Made by a program: the position numbers and the translations under genes. A model generated the notes under the pieces. It was not told the DNA's origin. It did not search any database and saw nothing but the letters and a program-made list of their open reading frames with translations. Shown piece by piece: positions 52,847-63,682 of a stretch of DNA of 64,000 nt. Numbering within the stretch: the stretch's first letter is position 1; the number at the start of each line of letters is the position of its first letter. The stretch comes from Nitrosopumilus sp. Lineage in GTDB: Archaea; Thermoproteota; Nitrososphaeria; Nitrososphaerales; Nitrosopumilaceae. The stretch spans positions 1,088,001 through 1,152,000 of the forward strand of contig OZ241857.1 in assembly GCA_965203315.1 (NCBI GenBank), read 5' to 3'.

Positions 52847-53575
52847 CTAGAATAGATCGAGTGTCATATTCAACGAGATGTCTTTGAATCCTACTAGCGA
52901 TGTAGATGTTGTGTATAGTTTTGCTTGAGCAAAACCACTAAACCACTCTAGTAGTGATTTTGCTTTAGACAACTTTTGTAGTTTTATGTATCGGTCAGAG
53001 AGATCAGTGTTGGAATATATGCCGATCTCTGTTCCTAGATCCATTCCAAATAGTACTATTCGCTTTGCGCCAAAGTATTCAGCAAGAAATACTGCTCTAT
53101 CACCATCGGTAAATCCACCAAAGTTTTGAATATTTCCATATGGTTCTGTTTGAGTTGTGCCTATACAGTTTGTAAAGTTTATCGCAAGATCTAATTTTGA
53201 TATATTGTCTCCATGCGCATGAACAACAAAGATGCATTCTGTATCTGCTAAGGATAATAGTGACGACTCGTCACCATCGAGATCTGTAACTATAATATCA
53301 GGTATGATATCAGCTGCAACAAGTGTCTCTACCACACTATCTGCTGCAATTATAATCATGTCTAGTTGTTTTATGATTGGAATAGATACTCCCAGTGATG
53401 GACCAGCTCCGATCACGGCTATACTCTTATCTTGTATAATATTTGACAACTTTGTGAGGTTTGGTTCTTTGAGTATAGAGTTTAGATACTTTGCAGCTGC
53501 TATATCGTCTTGAATATTATAATTAAACTCGTCTACTATTTGGCGATATTGTGCTTTCCAGTCCATATAACACAA
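52847..53575 (-). CDS. mptE: 6-hydroxymethyl-7,8-dihydropterin diphosphokinase MptE-like
   Basis: GAGPSL, VTDLDG, VHAHGDN, NFGGFTDGDRA; divergent from folP. Confidence 0.88.
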   Translation of the reverse strand: MCYMDWKAQYRQIVDEFNYNIQDDIAAAKYLNSILKEPNLTKLSNIIQDKSIAVIGAGPSLGVSIPIIKQLDMIIIAADSVVETLVAADIIPDIIVTDLDGDESSLLSLADTECIFVVHAHGDNISKLDLAINFTNCIGTTQTEPYGNIQNFGGFTDGDRAVFLAEYFGAKRIVLFGMDLGTEIGIYSNTDLSDRYIKLQKLSKAKSLLEWFSGFAQAKLYTTSTSLVGFKDISLNMTLDLF

Positions 53576-53646
53576 ATAGTTTAAACTATATCATAAACGA
53601 TATGATTCATAAATCTAGTACTAAAACAAGTGATGACTCTATATCC

Positions 53647-54534
53647 ATGAACAAAAATACTGATAAATTTCATCATTCCGGTGGCTCGATCGATGTATCA
53701 GGTATAATGGTGGGAGGAGATAGCCCTGTACGCATAATGGGAATACTCAATACAAGTCCAGAATCATTTTACAAGAACTCGATCAGTACGTCAAACAGAG
53801 AGATCCGTGATGCTATAAAACAACTAGATGATGATGGTTCTGATTTTATAGATATTGGTGGTATGTCTACTGCACCATATCTCAAGACGATGGTATCAGA
53901 GAGTACGGAGAAGGATCGTGTCATAAATGCGATAAAGATAGCTGTAGACTCTACCAACCTTCCAATATCTGTAGATACATGTAGATCTAGTGTTGCACGA
54001 GCTGCATTAAAAGAGGGCGCTACCATACTCAATGATATCTCGGGACTACAATATGACCCAAAGATGCCTGACATCATATCTGGCACGAAACTGACAATAG
54101 TACTATGTGCATTTAGTCCTAAACCCATACTTGGAACTATACGTGATACATTACTCAGATTGGAAGCGAGTATAGAGATCGCCAAATCTGTAGGAGTTGA
54201 TAATATCATAGTTGATCCTGCAATCGGCTTCTTTCGTAGAGAAGGACATGGATCGTTATTTACAACGACCACATGTGATAATACTAGACGTGATCTAGAA
54301 TTGATTAAACACCTCGATATGATTCAGATGGGATATCCTATTCTAGTATCGGTATCGAACAAGTCTTTCATCGGTAACGTCTTGGATCGTGACTCGTCAG
54401 ATAGGCTCTATGGATCTATTGCAGTTGAAGCAATCTCGACCATGCTTGGAGCAGATATCATACGTACACATAACGTGAGACCTACCAAAGATGCAGTAGA
54501 TATTGCATCGGCCATAAGATCTAGTCGTGTATAA
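53647..54534 (+). CDS. folP: Dihydropteroate synthase (start uncertain)
   Basis: MGILN.SPESF, DIGG.ST.P, SVDT, NDISG, VDP.IGF, S.KSFIG, RTH.V. Confidence 0.93.
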   Translation: MNKNTDKFHHSGGSIDVSGIMVGGDSPVRIMGILNTSPESFYKNSISTSNREIRDAIKQLDDDGSDFIDIGGMSTAPYLKTMVSESTEKDRVINAIKIAVDSTNLPISVDTCRSSVARAALKEGATILNDISGLQYDPKMPDIISGTKLTIVLCAFSPKPILGTIRDTLLRLEASIEIAKSVGVDNIIVDPAIGFFRREGHGSLFTTTTCDNTRRDLELIKHLDMIQMGYPILVSVSNKSFIGNVLDRDSSDRLYGSIAVEAISTMLGADIIRTHNVRPTKDAVDIASAIRSSRV

Positions 54535-54623
54535 TGGTTTTAAATCGAATACGTCTAGAATTGTTTTAGTGGATCAGATACAAAGGCTTATAATCAATGT
54601 TCAGATTTTTTAACAAGGTTTAG

Positions 54624-56054
54624 TTGGAATTTAGAGAAGGGTTAACTTTTGATGACGTGTTACTTGTACCTAAATACTCGGATATTACTAGTCGAAGTCA
54701 GACCGATCTGAGTACTAGGTTATCACGAAATATATCGATCAATATACCGTTTATTAGCGCAAACATGGATACTGTAACAGAGTCATCCATGGCGGTTGCG
54801 ATGGCTAGGGCAGGAGGCATTGGAATAATTCATCGATTTCTAACTATACAAGAGCAGACCTACGAGATACTAAAGGTTAAACGCTCTGGTAGCGTCATAA
54901 TAGAAAATCCTTACTCTATCAGCTCTGAGAAGACTATTGCGGATGCGGCGTCTTATTCACAAGAACTAGATATCTCTGGACTCTTGGTTGTAGACTCGGA
55001 CTCTCATCTTTTGGGGATCATAACAGAACGAGATCTAATGTTTGCTGATCCCACTCAACGAGTATCTGATGTGATGACTCGTGACGTGGTTACCGCCAGA
55101 CCTGGTGTATCACTCGATGCAGCAAAAGAGATACTACACAAACATCGAGTAGAGAAACTCCCCATAGTTGACGAATCCGGTAATATACAAGGACTGATAA
55201 CAAGTAAGGATATTACAAATCAAACCAACTATCCAAATGCATCCAAAGATGCAAAGGGTAGTCCTCTTGTTGGTGCAGCTGTAGGAGTAAAAGGCGACTT
55301 TTTAGAGAGGGCAGAGTCACTTCTCAATGCTGGTACAGATGTCCTTGTAGTAGATATCGCACATGGCCATAGTGAGAACGCAATAAACACGATAAAACAC
55401 ATCAAGAAAGCATTTCCGAGCTGTGAGTTGATTGCAGGAAACGTTGCAACAGCTCAAGGTGTACAAGATCTCATACGAGCTGGTGTTGATGCAGTAAAAG
55501 TTGGTGTAGGTTCTGGTTCCATATGTATAACTCGTGTCATTACTGGTTCAGGAGTCCCACAGCTTACTGCTGTGCTAGATTGTGCCAAAGTAGGTCAAGA
55601 TAACGATATCCCAATAATATCCGATGGAGGTACAAGAACATCTGGCGATGCAACAAAAGCACTAGCGTCTGGTGCATCATCGGTTATGTTGGGTAGTATG
55701 TTGGGTGGTACCGACGAGTCTCCTGGTACAGTTCTTACAAAGAATGGAAAACGATTCAAAGTTTATCGAGGCATGGCATCACTTGCAGCTTCCATAGGTC
55801 GCAAGTCTAAAGAGACTGGCAGCCTATCATTTGATGACGAACTCAATGATTATGTAGCAGAAGGTGTAGAGGCGATGGTGCCATACAAGGGAACTGTGGT
55901 TGATATTCTAAAACAGCTTACTGGTGGTGTACGTTCTGGACTGAGTTACTGCGGTGCGCATACTATCTCACAGATGCAGTCAAATGCAGAGTTTATTAGA
56001 ATGTCTCGAGCTGGATTTGCAGAGAGTCAGCCACACGATGTATCTGTGATGTAA
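54624..56054 (+). CDS. guaB: IMP dehydrogenase
   Basis: [12 protein letters not shown] pair, KVGVG.GSIC.TR, YRGMAS, EGVE. Confidence 0.97.
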   Translation: MEFREGLTFDDVLLVPKYSDITSRSQTDLSTRLSRNISINIPFISANMDTVTESSMAVAMARAGGIGIIHRFLTIQEQTYEILKVKRSGSVIIENPYSISSEKTIADAASYSQELDISGLLVVDSDSHLLGIITERDLMFADPTQRVSDVMTRDVVTARPGVSLDAAKEILHKHRVEKLPIVDESGNIQGLITSKDITNQTNYPNASKDAKGSPLVGAAVGVKGDFLERAESLLNAGTDVLVVDIAHGHSENAINTIKHIKKAFPSCELIAGNVATAQGVQDLIRAGVDAVKVGVGSGSICITRVITGSGVPQLTAVLDCAKVGQDNDIPIISDGGTRTSGDATKALASGASSVMLGSMLGGTDESPGTVLTKNGKRFKVYRGMASLAASIGRKSKETGSLSFDDELNDYVAEGVEAMVPYKGTVVDILKQLTGGVRSGLSYCGAHTISQMQSNAEFIRMSRAGFAESQPHDVSVM

Positions 56055-56101
56055 TCTTGTACATGCATCATTATCTAGACTCCATTCATCTCTCTTTTCA
56101 C

Positions 56102-56225
56102 TAGTCCACAGTTTCTTAGTGTTGAATATTTTTTACTACTCTAATCCAGTAGAGTTAGTGAACTACTAATCAAGAACAGACACGATCAATAAATACAAAT
56201 GTAAATTTATTTCTGCACACGACTA
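56102..56225. mobile_element. Possible highly diverged MITE with tagtc...gacta ends
   Basis: 124 bp between tagtc and cacgacta; junction geometry matches 50198-50209. Confidence 0.35.
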
Positions 56226-56229
56226 TATA

Positions 56230-57761
56230 TAGTCACGAACATAATTATTTTCCGGTTCGTTGTTAAGCAATCGTGTTGCCTTTTGTTAATCGTGTAGCTC
56301 AAATCACAACGATTATCATAAAATACGAAAAAAGTCAGATAAATTTTGATTTGTTGTAAAGATATTCACGCCAATACACAAAACAATCAAAATTTTATGG
56401 TCGTCTGCATGATTTATTCTTGCACGACACAATGATTTTTGTAATTTCAAGCTATATTTTTGGCGTAATTATCTTTCTCTTAAGACAACCCATGACATTT
56501 GCGTTGCATTTCATGATTTTCATAGTTTCATCTGCATGTTTCTCTAGAGATCGTAGTGTTTTAAAGACTTTGTTGACTGGAGTATATTGTCTAAACTGTT
56601 TCCAGAGTGCTTCTGATGCATTGAGTTCAGGAACAGCAGCTGGTAATTGCACTAACTTTATGTTATTTTCTTTTGCAAATCGTCTACTTATTTGACTAGT
56701 GTGACATGATGCACCGTCAAGGATGAGTATTATTGGTTCTATCATGGGACGCATCTTTCGTATGATCTTCATAAATGCTATAAAGTCTTTAGAATTTGCT
56801 CAATGACGTATTGTATGACATATTTTTCCGTTAGTGCTGATTCCTCCAAATATTGTTATTCTCTCAGCTTTTCCTGCTACTGCTAGCATGCGTATCTTTT
56901 CACCTATCCTTGACCAACTTTTTACACGACGTTTTGTGTGGGTGTTGATGTGCATCTCATCTACTGCCATCACTAGAAATCCCATGTTGTTTAGACGTGA
57001 AATCCAAGATATGTTGGCTCTTTGGAATTTTTTTATCATCTCATCACTGGCTCGATTAGTGAAATTTACTTGGACATAGCTCTTTGCAGAGCGTCTTAGC
57101 TCTCTCATTCTGCGTCGTATCGTGCTGGGATGATATCGTACTTTTGTTATATTGAAAACCAACTCTAAAATTCTTTGTACTGTTGTGGTGCTGTCGAGTC
57201 CCAGTATGTACTCAAACATTCGGTTAGATACTTTTGGTTTCCTTCCTCGACCTGACTTGTCTTTGAGTCCCTCAATTCCTTCTTTCTGATACCGTGTAAT
57301 CCAATTAAATACGGTGCGAGGCGTAATTCCTGCTATCTCTGCAACATTTACTTGTGTGTAACTAAAATTTAGTACCGTTAGTACAACAATAATTCTTTTG
57401 TGTACGTTATGATTTGGCATGTGTTTGATGTAGCTAACCATATCCTCACATACTTGATTCATTACATATCATAAAAGATAGTAACAAATAAACATGTATA
57501 GTCAACTAAACATGATCAATTAGTTAATTATTATTGTTCAATACCAACATTAACAAAAATTTAAATTTTTTGTGCGCCATTGGACATTTTAAATTTTGGT
57601 CACTAATCATTTTTGTTTATTTCCAACCATGAACTAATAATCAGTGATTTTTGTTGTTATTGCCTCGTATGTTTTATGATCAATGTGATTTCAACGAGGA
57701 TGTTGAAAGAAATCACATAATTTGGCAAAAACGAACCGGAAAATAATTATGTTCGTGACTA
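56230..57761 (-). mobile_element. IS630-family insertion sequence, putative partner of MITE family A
   Basis: Perfect ~32-bp TIR tagtcacgaacataattattttccggttcgtt; TA at 56228-56229 and 57762-57763. Confidence 0.93.
56452..57462 (-). pseudogene. IS630 transposase with one in-frame TGA (56800-56802)
   Basis: HTH + GRGRKP, VDEM, ILDG, PELNASEALW; the two ORF pieces share one frame. Confidence 0.88.
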
Positions 57762-57892
57762 TAGTCCTGAACATAATAATTTTCCTAATGTTTAGTATCA
57801 CAATTTGGCGTCATCTGTTCCGCTAGAGGTAAATTTCGTCTCTGTTCTCAGATATGCAGAAGTAAACAAGAAAACAATTCCGCTCGTGACTA
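57762..57892. mobile_element. MITE family A copy
   Basis: tagtcctgaacataataattttcc ... gctcgtgacta-TA. Confidence 0.88.
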
Positions 57893-57935
57893 TAGATGTT
57901 TATATTCAAACTCTAGATTATTGTTAAATACAAAA

Positions 57936-59528
57936 TCATGGTTGACTTGTACTATTTGTATGTATATGAACAAATTCCCCCTCTCCTGTAAAGTACATAG
58001 AGTGGTATGGAAATGTCGAAGGATTTATTTTATCCATCTCTCCTCTAAACTCTTTTATTTTTGATATGTTCAAGTATAGAGCAAGTTTAGGGTCTCGCTC
58101 TAGATCTATTAAATAATGATTGTCAACTAACAGATAAATATGTTCTGTAGGTGGGGAATAACTTATAATATCTGCATAATCTAACATTATATTGTCTTTT
58201 TGATATACATTATTTAAAATCCATGTATATACTGGACTTGCAAGAAATTTTGTGTTACTATCGTTAAAATTATTTATAGAAAACTCTAATGCAGTAAACT
58301 GAGCTGATGTCATATCAGTAGTAATTAGAAGTGACGAGACTGTTAGGCCATAGACTACAAAACTGAGCATTATTGGAATTATGATAACTTTTTGAGTTTT
58401 AATGGAATTGATACGTTCGATGTTCTCTTGAAGCAATAATGCAATAGATATAGAAATAACTGGTAATAATAATATGTAATGAAAATATTGAAAAAATCCT
58501 ACAAAATTTACAAATATTAAAAACGGTGCGAACCATAGTATCATAAAGAAATTTCGCTTAAGCAAAACATACGTAAATGATACAAATCCAAGAATCGCAA
58601 TTACTGGATCGATCCAAACAACATATGTTGTAACTTGCAAAAATTGTCCTGAACCTCGACTTGCTTGCCAAAATACATCACGAAACCACCAATCTAATTG
58701 ACCAAGAGATAAAGCCACACCTGGCCAGATCATTGGAATTACAAATACTCCCGGTAACCATTTTAGAATAAATTGCAATCTAGTTTGTGTTATGATAATA
58801 TATGCTACCACAGGAATCATAGTTATAGCTGTAAGTTTAGTAAATATTGCGAGACCTAATAGCACTGATGAGCCCAGTACGGTAATATTTTGATGTTTGG
58901 TATCTTTAGAGTGTAATGCCAGTAGTATTGATGACAACAAAAGCGGTAAAAGAATCGTATCTAGTACGATTCGACGTAGTAGCCAAGTTATCGGCATTAA
59001 ACCGAATAAAATACTTGCGAGTATTGCAGCTTTCTTATTAAATCGTTTCTCTGTAATTTTATATATTAAAAATGTATCAAATACAGCTAATAACCCCATC
59101 AATATTCGTGGAGCCAAGTATGATAGCTCAAGTGACTCTTTTACAGTATCTGGAAATCCAACAATTGATAAAAATCCAGATAGCACCAATTGGCCAAAAT
59201 AAGGGTGATCATAAAATCCACCACAACCTACATCAAAATCAGGTTGACAGGGCAGATTAATTTGGCCAAAATAAGAATGATCATAAAGATAACTATCTTT
59301 CAACACACCACTTAATTCTGAATGAGATAAAGCTGATTTTATTGACGGATGATCATAAAATCCTTCTTGTGGAATTGTATTTTCTAAAATGTTCATAGCT
59401 CGGCGCATGTATACACCTTCATCAAAAAAGAGATCAGGAAAACCTACAGGATTCCATAAATGAACATACCCGGATAATATCAGTATTACAACTAATATTA
59501 CATAATGGTTTTTTCTGTTAGCAAGCAT
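57936..59528 (-). CDS. GT-C membrane glycosyltransferase (ArnT/PMT, family 39/83-like)
   Basis: FFDEG.Y, YDHP.FGQ, many TM helices, GLAI.TK. Confidence 0.85.
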   Translation of the reverse strand: MLANRKNHYVILVVILILSGYVHLWNPVGFPDLFFDEGVYMRRAMNILENTIPQEGFYDHPSIKSALSHSELSGVLKDSYLYDHSYFGQINLPCQPDFDVGCGGFYDHPYFGQLVLSGFLSIVGFPDTVKESLELSYLAPRILMGLLAVFDTFLIYKITEKRFNKKAAILASILFGLMPITWLLRRIVLDTILLPLLLSSILLALHSKDTKHQNITVLGSSVLLGLAIFTKLTAITMIPVVAYIIITQTRLQFILKWLPGVFVIPMIWPGVALSLGQLDWWFRDVFWQASRGSGQFLQVTTYVVWIDPVIAILGFVSFTYVLLKRNFFMILWFAPFLIFVNFVGFFQYFHYILLLPVISISIALLLQENIERINSIKTQKVIIIPIMLSFVVYGLTVSSLLITTDMTSAQFTALEFSINNFNDSNTKFLASPVYTWILNNVYQKDNIMLDYADIISYSPPTEHIYLLVDNHYLIDLERDPKLALYLNISKIKEFRGEMDKINPSTFPYHSMYFTGEGEFVHIHTNSTSQP

Positions 59529-59565
59529 AATACAAATCTGTTTAATATTAATAAATTACTATTTA

Positions 59566-60594
59566 TTAAATATACTTGTATTCATCACTAACAAGTTTTT
59601 TCTTAACAAACTCAATAGGCTCAACAGGTGTAGGATCTACACCTGCAAGTATGGCACGATATATTGAAGTGTAATCTAAGAGATATATCAAATTTATCAG
59701 TTTTGTAAATATATCACCAGATACAGAATATATTTGATCATACTCTATGTTATGCATGTCAAAAAACTCTCCCAAGATATCAAATCGTTCACTGGTTTTA
59801 ATATAATCGTCTACACCTCGAATCATTATAGGTCTTAGACTGGTATTTACAGACCACGAGACAATTCCGTTATGACATGCTTCAATAACATCTTCCGTTA
59901 TGACATGCATCTTTGCGTTCTCTTGTAATGAATTTTTAAAACGTATTGCACTAGCTCGCAAGCCCCACGGATAGTATATTACAGGTATGTTATCTAGATG
60001 TGAGGCGAGTTCTAGTGCAGGATTAGATTCTGTCAAGTTTGTGGATGATATTATAGATCGGTAATGATCTAATTTTGAAAAGGTATATGATATATCTGAT
60101 ACTGGTAGAAATGATTGTAAAATTTTGAGCATCGTAAATAAAAAGATTGGAAATGATGAACGCGGAGAATGAACCATCTGTATATGATGATAATTGATAT
60201 TCATCTTTTGACACAGTTCACGCATCTTACCACCACTAGAGAATGCATATATCTTACATTTTATTTCGGCTGCCTTTGTGAGAACATTCAAAGTTTCTTG
60301 AGTGTTTCCAGATATACTCGTTGCAATAACTATACTCTTTGGAGTAACAGTCTTTGGTAAGAGATATCCTTTTACGATATCAACGTGTATACCTGTCTGG
60401 GATAGTACTGATGCAAAGATATCACTTAATGCGCCGGAACCGCCCATTCCTGCAAAGACGACATGAGTAACGTCTTTGAGTTCAATATCATCAACGTTGA
60501 TATCATAACTAGATTGAGCCATCTCAGGCCATTTGTCATAGATCTCAAACATGCGTTCTAGATCTACATCATAAAGTCGTTTAGTGTCTAACAA
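59566..60594 (-). CDS. Bifunctional phosphoglucose/phosphomannose isomerase (SIS)
   Basis: GMGGSG, S.SGNT.ET, SPR, RFKN.L.ENAK, E..HN, DP.PV..I...K. Confidence 0.9.
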   Translation of the reverse strand: MLDTKRLYDVDLERMFEIYDKWPEMAQSSYDINVDDIELKDVTHVVFAGMGGSGALSDIFASVLSQTGIHVDIVKGYLLPKTVTPKSIVIATSISGNTQETLNVLTKAAEIKCKIYAFSSGGKMRELCQKMNINYHHIQMVHSPRSSFPIFLFTMLKILQSFLPVSDISYTFSKLDHYRSIISSTNLTESNPALELASHLDNIPVIYYPWGLRASAIRFKNSLQENAKMHVITEDVIEACHNGIVSWSVNTSLRPIMIRGVDDYIKTSERFDILGEFFDMHNIEYDQIYSVSGDIFTKLINLIYLLDYTSIYRAILAGVDPTPVEPIEFVKKKLVSDEYKYI

Positions 60595-60948
60595 GTGATT
60601 GTACTATATTGTTATGAAAATATATGTTATGAGCCAAGTGTAGATGTTCAAGGATGACTAACTACGTTATCAGACATAGTAAGACAGTTGCTTTTATGTA
60701 CATGTGAGTGTGCCTCAACAGTGTAATAATAACAATGGACGTAAAACATTGGCCTAGTTGGTGTTGACACTAGTCATCTGACTCATCTGCACGTTCCCTA
60801 ACCTTCTTGAGAATGCAGTATCGACTCAAACTTTTCATGAATCCCATGAAATATGGTAAGCACGACGCACATTTAATAGTTGAGATCAAGGCTTTGTAAG
60901 CAGGTATGTCAATCATACACTTGAGCATTAAAATCAACCATCGTATAC

Positions 60949-61124
60949 GGTTCTGCTAACATGACGGAGGTTGACATTTTCTGCACAAAATTCTCGAAAA
61001 CTTTACAAAAATATGAAAACGGTCTCATATCGACTATCGTAAATTGTTGCTGTTTTGAGTCACATATTGTGTGAGCTCTTTGGGATAATGTCATAACGAT
61101 CTCCACCTCCGCCAAATTAATGGG
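60949..61124. mobile_element. MITE family B copy, right end eroded
   Basis: ggttctg...gacggaggttgacattttc; body closely similar to 44376-44551. Confidence 0.8.
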
Positions 61125-61139
61125 ATTGTTAAATCACAG

Positions 61140-61463
61140 TTATGTCGTCTTACTACGCCTCTTAGACAAGATTATCTTTCTATATGTATGACCACATGTA
61201 AGACATGAGATTCGTATAGATTTGATTGGTGATCGACCTAATCTGATTCTAGAACCAACACCTGGAGCCATAAACAACTTGCAGCGCTTACAAAACATAA
61301 TCTTGATACAAGATGGCATGGGTACCTTGTGCCTTGTACTTATACGTCTTGCAATATTTGCCTGACTTTGAGATAGTACAGGTCGCTGTCTGGCATTTGC
61401 GACGGCATGTTTGATCAAGATCATCATACGCTCTTGAGCGATATCATATAGTACAGGTTTCAT
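61140..61463 (-). CDS. rnp4: Ribonuclease P protein component 4 (Rpp21)
   Basis: IA.ER..IL, FCK.C...PG...R.R, C..CG...R. Confidence 0.92.
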   Translation of the reverse strand: MKPVLYDIAQERMMILIKHAVANARQRPVLSQSQANIARRISTRHKVPMPSCIKIMFCKRCKLFMAPGVGSRIRLGRSPIKSIRISCLTCGHTYRKIILSKRRSKTT

Positions 61464-61586
61464 AGAATGTCAATAGTCAGTATAGTTAAAAACTGCTTTG
61501 AATATTTCAATGATGTATTACAATACCATATACTGTACACCACATACGGTATATTGTATACTGTATACTGGATCATAGATATCAGA

Positions 61587-61660
61587 TGCAGTCAGCGGGA
61601 TTCGAACCCGCGTCACAGGGTTGGAAACCCCGAATACTAACCAGGCTATACTATGACTGC
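61587..61660 (-). tRNA. tRNA-Gly (anticodon UCC)
   Basis: gcagtca acceptor stem, cgggg-tttccaa-ccctg anticodon arm, ggttcgaatcc T arm. Confidence 0.96.
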
Positions 61661-61682
61661 AATAGAGACTAAATCTTGAATC

Positions 61683-62345
61683 CTACATAAAAATGGTTTT
61701 TTCATATTCGTATAATATTCGAGCAGTCACGATATGGCTCTCTAACGAGTGCTCATTAATTGAGTACATGTCATCAACCTGCGATGTAGTAGTTTTGGTA
61801 AAATGACCCTTCTGAAATCCTCCAATTATAATACAACAGTCATCAGAGATCTGGTTTGCTATATCACTACAAGACTGTCTTGAGCCTAACGTAGATAGAC
61901 CAATTACTTTAGATGGATTTATCGTGTCTAACAGCTCTGATAAAGTTTGATCATATAGCCTTAAAAGTTCTATATCGTCTGTAACTCTCGTTCTGTACAA
62001 CTTTGTAATCAATCCCTCAAATCTATGATATGACTTTGGAATACGTACATTTTGGCCAAGTTTGATCACCTTGTTGTGTATGGTATGAACATAGACGGAT
62101 AACTCGTTTTGGTAGTAGAGAGGTATCGATGTTGCCTCCAATAATGAAAAGTGTACAATATCTGGCCTACCCCGTTTCATCTCGTTCGTTATACCTTTCA
62201 TAGCTGCATAGTGCCACGAGTTATCTAGTAGAGTTTGTACAGGCAGTCTTCCTAGACGTTGCGCGTGACGCACAACAGATGGATGATCTTGTAGTTGTAC
62301 CGGAACGATCTCTAATGAAGACTCGGCAAGTATGAGTGAGATCAT
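61683..62345 (-). CDS. nep1: rRNA pseudouridine N1-methyltransferase Nep1/Emg1
   Basis: RGRPDIVH..LL, RIP..Y.RF.GL, IGGF..G.F. Confidence 0.93.
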   Translation of the reverse strand: MISLILAESSLEIVPVQLQDHPSVVRHAQRLGRLPVQTLLDNSWHYAAMKGITNEMKRGRPDIVHFSLLEATSIPLYYQNELSVYVHTIHNKVIKLGQNVRIPKSYHRFEGLITKLYRTRVTDDIELLRLYDQTLSELLDTINPSKVIGLSTLGSRQSCSDIANQISDDCCIIIGGFQKGHFTKTTTSQVDDMYSINEHSLESHIVTARILYEYEKTIFM

Positions 62346-63451
62346 TGAACTCTTTCCAACTGTGTACTAAACTCAGACCATCCAGATTTGGCAGTACCAT
62401 TTGTATAAAATAGACCAGTATTGCAGATGTATCTGTCCAATCGTTCAATTATGAATTCGTTGCCACCAAGTGAAGAACTGCCAACAGTAATTGTTGCATT
62501 ACCGATACTCTGTGTCTCTTTAGCACATGTACCTTCAGATCTGTCATATTGTCGATACCATGTCATAAATGCAATATCTGATTCATTGTTGTCGTAAAAG
62601 TCAAAGAGTCTTTGTATAAACTCAGTCTGATCAGTAGAGTTACCACCTACAAACTCTGATGTACTCCAACTCAGCTCAAAGAACCCAACCTTCATTCCAG
62701 GTACCATCTCAAAGGTTTTGGTGAGATCATCTATGGCTTGATCTGGAGTTCTTGTTATGTCGTTGACGATATCTATTGGTGAATAAGAGAATGCAACAAA
62801 ATCTCCTATAGCAAGTTCTGATACAGTATTGTTTAGATTCTTGTTTAAAACATGATGTAATCCAAAGGCATTACCCATCTGCACATCAGGATGTAGAACT
62901 TTCATCTCTTCAAAGACGCTTACAAATAATTGTCGATATGGATCAATATTTTGTTCTGCATGTCGAAATTGTGACTCTGTCTCGCCTGCAATGATGACAG
63001 TATCAATAATATAATATCTATCAAGTATACGATCCAGAACGTTTACGAGTCTAGTGTGATCTATCGAGTCTATTTGTGGATTATTCATGTATCTAGGAAA
63101 CGGTCCTAGTTGTTCACCATTTACTAAAGAGAAATATAATGTAACTTTGAGATTATTTTTTTCATGTAATCCCATCAGAATATCTGTTTGTGCCCAATCA
63201 AATTGATCACGTTCTGGCTCTATCAGATTCCAAAAGAGATATGCGTTACCTCTACCTATTCCTGTAGATGCAGCTGTAGTAAATATCTGATCTATCTGTC
63301 GTGGAGATACGTCTTGTATAGGCGTATTGATTACCATTCCAATCTTGCTAGTCGTCTCCATACTGGTATTTTGTGGCATGTACAATACAGATGCGATTAC
63401 AATGCTAGCAATAACAGTAGATACAACACCGGCTAGAATACGTTTGTTCAC
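62342..63451 (-). CDS. Membrane-anchored glycoside-hydrolase-like TIM-barrel protein
   Basis: N-terminal TM; W..IEP....FDW, F.E..W, GL....GT.K..W motifs. Confidence 0.6.
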   Translation of the reverse strand: MNKRILAGVVSTVIASIVIASVLYMPQNTSMETTSKIGMVINTPIQDVSPRQIDQIFTTAASTGIGRGNAYLFWNLIEPERDQFDWAQTDILMGLHEKNNLKVTLYFSLVNGEQLGPFPRYMNNPQIDSIDHTRLVNVLDRILDRYYIIDTVIIAGETESQFRHAEQNIDPYRQLFVSVFEEMKVLHPDVQMGNAFGLHHVLNKNLNNTVSELAIGDFVAFSYSPIDIVNDITRTPDQAIDDLTKTFEMVPGMKVGFFELSWSTSEFVGGNSTDQTEFIQRLFDFYDNNESDIAFMTWYRQYDRSEGTCAKETQSIGNATITVGSSSLGGNEFIIERLDRYICNTGLFYTNGTAKSGWSEFSTQLERVQ

Positions 63452-63682
63452 ACTACAACGAAAAAGAACGAAATTAAAAAAAGTTTTGAATTCATCGATA
63501 TATCGATATACCAGTTATCAATACTCGTGAATCCATAACTGTAAACAAAAACCAGTAATGTGTATCCGTGATCTCTTACATTGAATGATTTTATCACTCT
63601 CAATTATTAGAGATCTGATCGATAAATACGACTGTAAATTTGTTTATCAATCATGTCTAGTTACTGTTGTATCATCTATTAT

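Noticed and set aside
33746-57892. CRISPR array suggested by recurring gtgacta/tagtc motifs
   Set aside because: The repeats are inverted termini of ~130-bp elements, not direct repeats with unique spacers; no cas genes
60909-61115. 68-aa ORF
   Set aside because: Lies almost wholly within a family B MITE
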